A stretch of 64,000 bases of DNA from Schmidtea polychroa (lineage: Eukaryota), in the NCBI GenBank assembly GCA_044892525.1, contig CM097885.1, positions 25,174,001-25,238,000 on the forward strand, read 5' to 3'. This document shows, piece by piece, positions 54,420-64,000 of this stretch (the first letter of the stretch is position 1; the number at the start of each line of letters is the position of its first letter). The notes under the pieces are model-generated. The model saw only the letters and a list, made by a program, of their open reading frames with translations, ran no database searches and was not told the DNA's origin. The position numbers were made by a program, and so were the translations under genes.

Positions 54420-55801
54420 GTATGACTTTTTTTAATTATTATCAGATTTTCCATTTTATTAATCCCATTGCCGTTTTATGTGAATTTAAAATATTGTTTT
54501 TTTAGTCACGTGACTTTTATAAAATCTCCCTTATCAAACAGACAGGTCACGTGTTTTTAAATTTTAATTAAAAATTCAAATTAACCTTTTTTAAAATGAA
54601 TCGAAGAAACTTTTACTTTTAAAATACCAAAGATTAAAACAACGAAAGGATATTATTATATACTATTCCCAACCCATAAAATGATTAGAATTATTTATAC
54701 ACGATTTTTTTTACTAATATGTGATGACAAATTATTACAAAATAAATGTAAACTTCAATTGTTAATAGAGTGTAGAACCTTGACTGTGCTTCGATAATCT
54801 CTTCCGTTACACGTAACTTGGATGGTTGTCGTGTTTAATTAACCAAAAGACATCATGAAGTGACATCCATAGTTCATCAACGTTTTTGAATTTGATTTCC
54901 TGACACAATTTGTTGAGCGCAATGAAAAAATTTATGTCGTTGACATTTATTTCAGTAGATTATATGTCAGGGTTGTGATAATGCAACATATATTGATAGG
55001 ATGCTGATTGGTCAATTGGAAGCTCAACAAATAGCAAATCATTCATCTGGATTAAGCAATACACAAATCGGATTAGTTATAAATGGAAGTAGTTAAATTT
55101 ATAATAAAATACATTTTTATATATAAATGATAAATTGCGTTATTTTAACGGGATACCGAAAATCTCTCAGTGATGAAAGTGATCTCACATCAGGTTACAA
55201 AGAGTCCTGCGTGTTGTCAAATAACGCAAATTGCGATGGAAGGTGAATACTGCAAAAATAAGAAAAAAATCGAATATATTTATAACTAAATTACAAACTC
55301 TAGAAAAACTAAATTTATTTAGCGTAACCGCTATTGTCAACTGTGAAATAAGTCTAACAATTTATAGAAAATAAGGCGTTATTGACAATAGTAAAACAAA
55401 ATTTGTACGAAATGTCGTAATTAAATGACAAGAAAATAATTGAACAAACTTTTTATTTCACTCGATCTTTCAGCTTTGTATAAAGTAGATTCAATTGCTA
55501 AACAATATAAAAGAATAAAAAAATAAAATTAAAATGGACATGTAAGCCATGTCCACTAAAGGTCCTAAAACAAATCCTGTCCACTCAAATACGAAATTTA
55601 TATTTATTTTTCTGAATTTTTCGATTGAATTTTATTTTTTTATTTTTTTTTGTTAATTAGATAGGATAAAATATTTGCATATATAATTGCATAACTTTTG
55701 ACATATATTCATCAATACATTCCTATATTCTTTTGTCAGTGATACTAAAATATAAATTTGTTAAGAAATTTCCAGCAGTATAACGTATAGAAACAATTTA
55801 A

Positions 55802-56020
55802 CCCTTAAATGCATGATTTTTATTAATTATTATTTTATCAATTATTATTGACAAAAAAACATAGGCACAAACACAGATTTTATTTACAGATTTTACAGAT
55901 TTTATAGACAGACTGTTTATCTTATTGCCAGACTAAAAAATATTTCGCTGTCATTAATCATAAATAATTATATTTAAATATTTGGTAAGATAGGAATTTC
56001 CATCACAATGCATTTAAGGG
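55802..56020. mobile_element. piggyBac MITE in an intron
   Basis: cccttaaatgcat...atgcatttaaggg with TTAA on both sides; same TIR as 10366-10586. Confidence 0.85.
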
Positions 56021-57423
56021 TTAAAGATAATTATGATGGTACTTTAAAACCTTTTAAAATTTTAATATATTTTAATATATTATATGTTTTTTACGTAGGT
56101 AGTATTGTTTCTGTGAAATATAAGTTGATAGCGTTCTAGAACTATTACTGACAAAATATCCCAAAATTGTTTAATTTGTATTATTCGACAGATAGAACGG
56201 ATATTCAATGTTTTATATTTATTTAAAAAAATGTATTTTAACAACTTCTTTTTGAGTTGATTTTTAAACATACCATCTGTAAATGGAATGCATCATGTTT
56301 GGATGCGTTTAGTTATTCTCCACACAAAACCGTTTTATGTACATCAGTGATACACCAGAAACCACTCATATACGTTTCTTACAATATAAAAAAAAATCAA
56401 TAATCTTACATTATAGAAACATACATATATTTTCTCATTGATAGTGCAATGAGATACGCCTTACAATATCGAAATCTAAAAAGTGGTATAAAAATTAAAT
56501 ACTGCACACAAACACAACACATACTAAAAAACACATGAAACTTTCGATATTAAAAATGCGCTGCTGAGATACATTTCTATAATAATTTTATTTTAGACAA
56601 TTTTGAGAAAATAAAAGATCACTGAAAGTTTTTTAAATGTATTTTTAAAGAAACTAGAATAAATTGTCATGAAAATGACGAAATATCATCGTAAGAATTA
56701 TTTTTGAGTTAAAATTAAGTTAAATATTCATTAGAATTTCTGATATGTTTTAGAAAAATACATTTTTGGCGATTGATTCAATTATTTGATTATAATTAAA
56801 AATATATCTGACTTACATTATATCGAAATAATTCCAAAATAATTATAAAATAAATTTCATAAAATTCGTAAAAAACTTGAAAATTAATAATATAATTAAT
56901 TAAAATGGCTAAAATAAATTTCTAGAAAAATGTAATTTATAAATTGGTGAGTCAATTTAATGAGACCAATTGATGTACACGCTAACCAACACTATAGGAA
57001 ATGTATCTCAGTGGTGTTTGGTGTATTTAATGCAAAAACTAATCAACATTGAATACCAAAAACATGCCTTAGTCACTACTAGTCAAAAAAAATCAACAAC
57101 TCAAGAAAGGTCTTGATGAAAACAAAATAACTGTTGTACAATATCTGTATTTTAACTGATAATTTTTTCCCTTTCATTTACTTTATTATGTCAAGTAAAA
57201 TACAGACGATAAATCATTATTTCGGTGGGTGCTAGGTAATTCATTTGTTAATTAATATTAATTTTCACATGATCTTAACTTGGGCATCTTTTTGGAGTAG
57301 GACCAATATTACAAGCATTAAAAAAACATGCTATGGCTTATTTTCGATGAAACACGGTAAAAGTACATAAAATCTATTATTAAAACAAAATTAAAAAAAC
57401 AAATTAATAAAGATTTGTTCTAG

Positions 57424-57594
57424 ACTCGTTCCAATTCCATAATCAAACCCAAGCGGCCAGGGAAAGAGTGATAAATATTATAAAAGTGTTAGCTGATTTG
57501 ATGACTGAACCGAATGTTCCACATCCTCTCTATGTTGGGATATTCAGCCGGACCACCCCTGGTATCAGGACGACACATTTAAATAAACTGGCTG
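57424..57594 (+). CDS. KIDINS220: Kidins220/KAP-family P-loop NTPase exon (degenerate Walker A)
   Basis: tag|...IKVLADLMTEPNVPHPLYVGIFSRTTPGIRTTHLNKLA|gtaact, compared with Kidins220 [34 protein letters not shown]. 171 nt, phase 1-1. Confidence 0.75.
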
Positions 57595-58958
57595 GTAACT
57601 TTGAAATGTTTTTAATATTATGATAATTTCTTCAAAGATTTTTAGTAAAAGAATAAATTAAAAAAAAATAATTAACCATTTAATTGTGAGTAATTCCCTC
57701 ACATAAGACTAATTTAATATTTCTTCAAACCAAAATCTTACGTAAGGCAAAATGTAAATTTGCGTCATTCAAGTTTCTGTTAAAAAAATTAAAATGGAAG
57801 TAAAAAAGAAAATATTACCTTTTTCCAGAAAAGAAATTTTATCAAGTTTACCGGAAAGAAATGTAATTTAGATAATGAACTGAGTTCCTAAAGACCCGTG
57901 AAATTAGAAGAAAGGGTCTTGAAAGTAACAGTGTTATATAGTCCGTTTGTGACTACCTAATGATTCAGGCTTTAAGGCCATAATTACAGCATTCCTTTTC
58001 ATTATTATTGTACCTCCATAAAAATAATTTAATAAAATGCAGCAATAACCAAGAAAAATGTAATGTAATTTAAAGACTTCTATTATCTGTAATTTTTTCT
58101 TCTTTCAACCCCCCCCCCTCCAGTGCAAAAAAGTTCCTCTTCATTTCCATGTTGTTTTCGTTTATTATTTTATTTATTTATACTGGAATTTCAAAATTAA
58201 ACTCCCAAAATTACTCATAATAATTAATTTGTAAATAATAATTATTATAAAAATATAATTAAATTTTGTTTTGCACCATTAAAACATTAATAAGTTTTAA
58301 TGTTTACAAAATAAATATTTTTCTAATTTATTTTATTTTTCAATTTTATAACCTTTTTTCTTTTTCTTAGAATTATTGATTTTCCAAAAGTGCAGCTTCG
58401 TAAAACAAAATACGTTAAACCATTCATATTATAATGACAAAATTACTTTTTTTTATAGTTTTAAATGTCTTTAAAAATAACTCAAGAGTTTTATTTTTAA
58501 ATTTGAGGTTATATATTTATAATTCCAGTTGAAATGGAGAAAATACTGTTTTTATATCCATTCAGTTCGAGTTCTACGTGAATACGTCCCGCTGTTTATT
58601 ATGTTGCAATTTTTTCATGGGATAAATAAATAAAAATTCTACATTATATGGAATTAATCGTAAAATTTTATTAAAATTTTTAATATTTTAATAAAAGTTT
58701 GTTAGAAGAAACCTTAAGCAAATTTAAAGTTCTTTGTAAATCATAAAATTATTAATCAACTTAATATATTGTTATTCATCTGTCAGCTGCTCCATGTAGA
58801 AAAGTTGTATATGACAATTAAAACAAATTTTATTACTTGGTGAGATAAAATTAACAATTAATTTCGTCTATAAAATGTCACGAGCTAGATAGTTAATTTT
58901 CACATAAATATAATTCTGAACTTCTTAATTTCCTTTCTTTTATTATATTAATAATAAT

Positions 58959-59105
<147 letters not shown>

Positions 59106-61063
59106 TTTATTTCTGCTCTATAATTTGCCTATATAATTCAAATAAATAAGTAGGTAAGCAATTCCCTCAGTGTTTATTAAATGAAAATAAAAAGGTTTTT
59201 TTAATTTTGTTTAAATTGTTATATTTTTTAAAACATACCAAGTGAAAGATACAAATGAAAGATAAAAATATTTTGTAGCACTTGATGTTACAAAAATAAA
59301 TTTTTATTTTATTTTATTATTTTTATTTTAAAAATACCTACACAATGATGTAATATTAGATTCTAATAATTAGAATATAAGTTGAATATTATATATTTAC
59401 TAGTAAAATAGTTGATAATAATTATTATTATTATTATTATTTGGTTTTCCATTCTGCCGATTTATCTATGTGTATAAAAGTATCATGAAAAAGTTTTATA
59501 TGACTTTTTATATACTTTTTCATATACAAGGTTTACCTCTATATAAAACATTATGTGAAGGTTCCCTCCCACAAATCATTCTTTATCAAAAATTAATTTT
59601 ATTATTAACATTCAATTCAATGAAAGATAAAAATAAAAAATAAAAATAATAGATTTAAAATTTTATGTACATGTAAAATATGAAATTGGTTGACTAAATA
59701 CATTGAAATAAATAAAAATAATCTTATCCCATGCAAAACTTCCAAAAAATAATGTACGGTTTAGTCGAACCTTTATGTCGACTGTTAGATGTTCAAGATA
59801 ACTTATCATCCTGGATCATAATAACTATGCTGCTGGTAAGCCTAAAGTGTCTTACATAGTAAGATATAAACAGCTGTAGCTACCATATGATTCATGACCG
59901 ACAGCTTTTGATAATTTGTTAAAGATGTGATTGTATTTATTCGTCCAGGATTTTGCAACCCAGCAAAATTACTCAAGGTTTATGCTCTAACTGCATAAGT
60001 TTCACTTATGATTTGAGGGATTCTACAGAATTTGATATATGTCTGTTATTTTTTGATTAAATGCAGTTCATGGAGTAAATTTATGTTTAACATATATTTC
60101 ATATACATATTTATTACATTTATTTACAGCTGTGTTGGAAAGGAGGAACGTTGTTCCTGTATTTATTCGGTTAGCTTGAACATACTTAGAAAGATTTCAA
60201 TTATTCATTATAGAGAAAGGGGAAACCAAATGTTTATTTCCCAATTTCTATTTTCAAATCTCATATTTTACCATTAAAATTGGTTGGATATTTGCTTAGA
60301 AATCCTCAATAAGTCAGCAAAATTAATATATAAATTCATATTTTGTTTTATTTTCATAGAAATCTATATTTCAGTTTTCAAAAAATTACAAATTAACAAA
60401 ATCTATATATTTGTTTTAATGAATGTCATTTGAAATAAATCTAATAAAATAAAAACCAATTCAATTATAAAATTTAATTAAATTTTTTTCATTTTATTGA
60501 AATCATATATTTTCATATTTTTTAATTATTAATTATTGATTTTACATATTAGAAAACATAATTAAAACAAAAAAAACATTTCAGTTAATTAATTTAGCGA
60601 TTTCTATTCATAAATCACAAATCAGAAAGTCAGTAATGATTTTTTCATTAAAATTAATTAGGTTGACAATAAAATTTCATTATTTTTCTCATTGTTTAAA
60701 TGTTGATTGTTGGAGATGATCTGGGATCTCAGTTGATCTCGACTGGAAGCGTTGAAATAGAGATCAGTGATCTGGGTTGACTCAACGTGATCTCACGCAA
60801 TCATCATCAGTTATTTGACAGACAATAGAAAATACAATTTCAATTATTATTATTATTAATTCAAAAAAGTTTTGACACTGCATTAATTAATTAGATATCA
60901 ATAAATAATTAAATTTATAATAACAAATATCGATTTCAATATTTTTCATTATATAAATAAAATGGAAATTTGAAGGATTGCAAAATCATATATTACTGAT
61001 TAATATTTTGCCACAATTATTAAAAGAAAAATAAAGGTATGTGCTTTACAGATCTCAGTCATG

Positions 61064-61260
61064 TTAAAAAGTATTTTCTGATCGAATATTTTTAATTAAT
61101 TTCCTTCTAATTTTCCTGCAATACTTGATAAAGGCTGTGATGGAAACATGTGTATAATTTGAACATATTGTTTTATAATATTTCTCATAAGGTATAAGGG
61201 ACCCTTCCCAAAGGATGTCCGAGATGTGTCCATAACAGATTTTATCATTAAAAAATTTAA
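61064..61260 (-). pseudogene. Possible integrase Zn-finger (H2C2, Ginger/KRBA2-like) relic
   Basis: H....EG......YKTI.SNYTHVS..AFIKYC.K pattern; weak. Confidence 0.3.
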
Positions 61261-61322
61261 AATCAGTACTACTGCGTTTTACTTTGTTTGAATCTTTATT
61301 TATATGTTTAAATATTTTACAG

Positions 61323-61502
61323 AGGAGATTTCCCATACATCTGCAAAACAAAATGAAATATTGCTACAACCTTCCAGACTTCTGTTTCTATTTCCATGCG
61401 CTTCATCAATCATATCTGGATTCGTACTTGGAATAACAATCAATTGGGTTTTCGGAATAGTTCTTGGAGTAGCCTCCATGGTTCTTATCTTTTCTCTAAT
61501 CG
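61323..61502 (+). CDS. KIDINS220: Kidins220-like exon with the first two transmembrane helices of the KAP domain; the gene continues beyond recognisable sequence
   Basis: cag|EEISHTSAKQNEILLQPSRLLFLF...GFVLGITINWVFGIVLGVASMVLIFSLI|gtgagt, compared with Kidins220 [25 protein letters not shown].... 180 nt, phase 1-1. Confidence 0.75.
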
Positions 61503-61548
61503 GTGAGTTAGTTATAATTACTATTTTAATTTTATTCATTAACTATTT

Positions 61549-61720
<172 letters not shown>

Positions 61721-62923
61721 TAATAATACTTATAAGATAAACTAGTTCTAATACCTGATTTTCACCAGCATTTTTTTTGTATGTAATAATTTCATATTCC
61801 TTAATAAACTATACAAAATATGCTAAAATCAAATTAATGCTTGGAAGAATGGGAATCTAATCACTATTAATAAATACGTTTTGTATAATTCCCTATCAAA
61901 AACTTCCAGCAATAATGACAACAACTTCCTTGACTATCAGTACATAAATGTTTATGGCTTTTGACAGCTTGTTACAAATTTCATGGAATATTCAAATTGC
62001 TGGAGTTGTTGGTAAAATTAAATATTACCAATTAATGAGCGTGCTTTTTTTAATAACAATAATGAGCTCCAGGCAGTATATACTTTATTGATTGACACAA
62101 TGGATTACCGATTTACAGTGACACAAATAATTCAATATTACAAAAATGACTCGAGTGCTTATGACAACCCTTCGAGAGGATATCACGTTTATAATACAAC
62201 TTAAAATTCACAATCACATGACCGCTGCATTTGGTTTCAATGACTGGCAGATTCAATCTAGTTGCTTTCTTAGCTTTAACTGAAAATTCCTCGATTACTT
62301 TAATTTGTTTAAAATCGTTTATACCATATCTTTGTAATTCACCTTGGTTTCATTTAAATTCTGTTTCCTTATTTCCTTATTTTCTGTTTCTTTACAAACT
62401 CTGTCTCCTTTTTTTCATTTACAAATTGTACCCTGTTAGAAATTCTTTCTGCTGATTCAAGTTGTGTTTCCTTTTATAGTCTGCAACCTAATGGAATTTA
62501 TTGATATTTTGCTTAGATTCTTTTCCATAGTACATTCCTTTTGATCATTTCCAGATTTTTTATCCTCTCTGACAACTGTCGAGATATATCATTTTTGAAG
62601 ACATCGTTTCACGACTTCCCAAGTGATCCCTTGATTTATTTCAAACAAACGTTGAAATAAGAAAATCCAATTCTGATTTTTTTTCTATTTTCTGCTTTCT
62701 TTTTATGCAATATTAATAACGACCTTGTCTTATTTTATTGTTTAATTTATTGGTTTTTGCAATTCACTTTTCATTTTTCAATTTCATCTCGTTCTTAATT
62801 TTCAGAATTCTGTTACAATATATAATCTATTTTGTATATTTTGTAAATTTTTCCCTCTTGTACTCACAAATTTAACGCTTTTGATCCTTCAAACAATTAT
62901 TATTATTAATATTAATATAAATA

Positions 62924-63033
<110 letters not shown>

Positions 63034-64000
63034 TATTTACATTAATTTTATCTAAATTAAATATTTCTCTCCAAACATTTTCTATCTGATTTGGCAGATT
63101 ATTATTTACAACCACATTTAGTTCTGGCATGTAGAATAATAATTCCTCGAATTATTTCCTGCTTTCGAAAGTATAAATTTTGGTAAAGAAATTTTTAACA
63201 TTTTACTTGAATATTATACAAGCAAAATATCATTTGCATTTAATAAAGTGTAATTAATATTAATTAAAATTTACAATATTAACAATTATATTTTTATAAT
63301 AATTATTACGTTTTAATGGTTTTCGAAGGTGGAGTTAATCATAAACTAAATTTCAAGTCAGCTCAAATTTCCAAGTCATCCTTAAAAATCATTGAAATGG
63401 CGTCCTTTATTGCTTTTAATTGGAACTCTATTCGCAAATTTGCAGAAAGATGATAAGAATTTGATAACATTATTTTATTGTTTTCCATAACTTTGCCGTC
63501 AAATCATTTCCAGGTGCGCCATATTCAACTATTTACCTAAATTGTTATGACAAATTCATTTTTTAGCTCTTGGGTTCTTAGAAGTCTTTGATTATGTTGA
63601 TTTAATTTTCATCAGTTTTCACATTTAAAATTACTCCAAATTAAATTTTAAAAATCCTAATCATAAATGTTTAACTCAATTTAATTCAAGTTTTTTTCTG
63701 AAATTTTCAACAGTTGAGGCGTGGTAATTTTTAAAATTGATGCAACTATTAGTCACAAATATAATTACTTTAATTTAATATTATAAAAACTTTTTTTTTC
63801 AAATTTCACCATTGTATTTATTACAAAGCTTATAGACTATGAATCAGTAAATGTATCGATGTTTTTGATATATTTACTGATTCATAAGCTTTTAATAAAT
63901 ATTTAAGCTTTTTTTAAGTCTTTAAGCTTTTTAATAAATATTTAATTTAATATAATTTAATATATATTTTACTATATAAATTAAACACGAATTCCAACTA

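Overview
Very AT-rich, (TAA)n-rich, transposon-dense eukaryotic DNA with short GT-AG introns of about 45-55 nt. The mix of Polinton, Zator, Merlin, Penelope and piggyBac elements fits an invertebrate such as a triclad flatworm, but the organism is only an inference. The centrepiece is a complete, compact Maverick/Polinton insertion (39175-47630) with AGTAGT...ACTACT ends and a 6-bp TSD (ATTATG). Its core holds only a disrupted protein-primed DNA polymerase B, with no recognisable integrase, ATPase, protease or capsid gene. Its very long TIRs (about 2.3 and 1.8 kb) each carry an IAP-type RING gene and a dense array of TGACTCA / TCAAGGTCA / AACAAAG motifs. A ~200-bp hairpin sits at the inner edge of the right TIR, and a related Polinton end lies at ~34078. 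Other elements: Penelope-like retroelements with inverted pseudo-LTRs and hammerhead-like motifs, a Zator element with a nested hAT MITE, Merlin elements, piggyBac and Tc1/mariner MITEs, and hAT and Gypsy relics. Host-derived sequence: the 3' exons of a CYB5R4-like gene, pyruvate kinase and actin pseudogene fragments, and three exons of an apparently ankyrin-less Kidins220-like KAP NTPase gene. All family calls come from motif recognition by eye; no database search was run.
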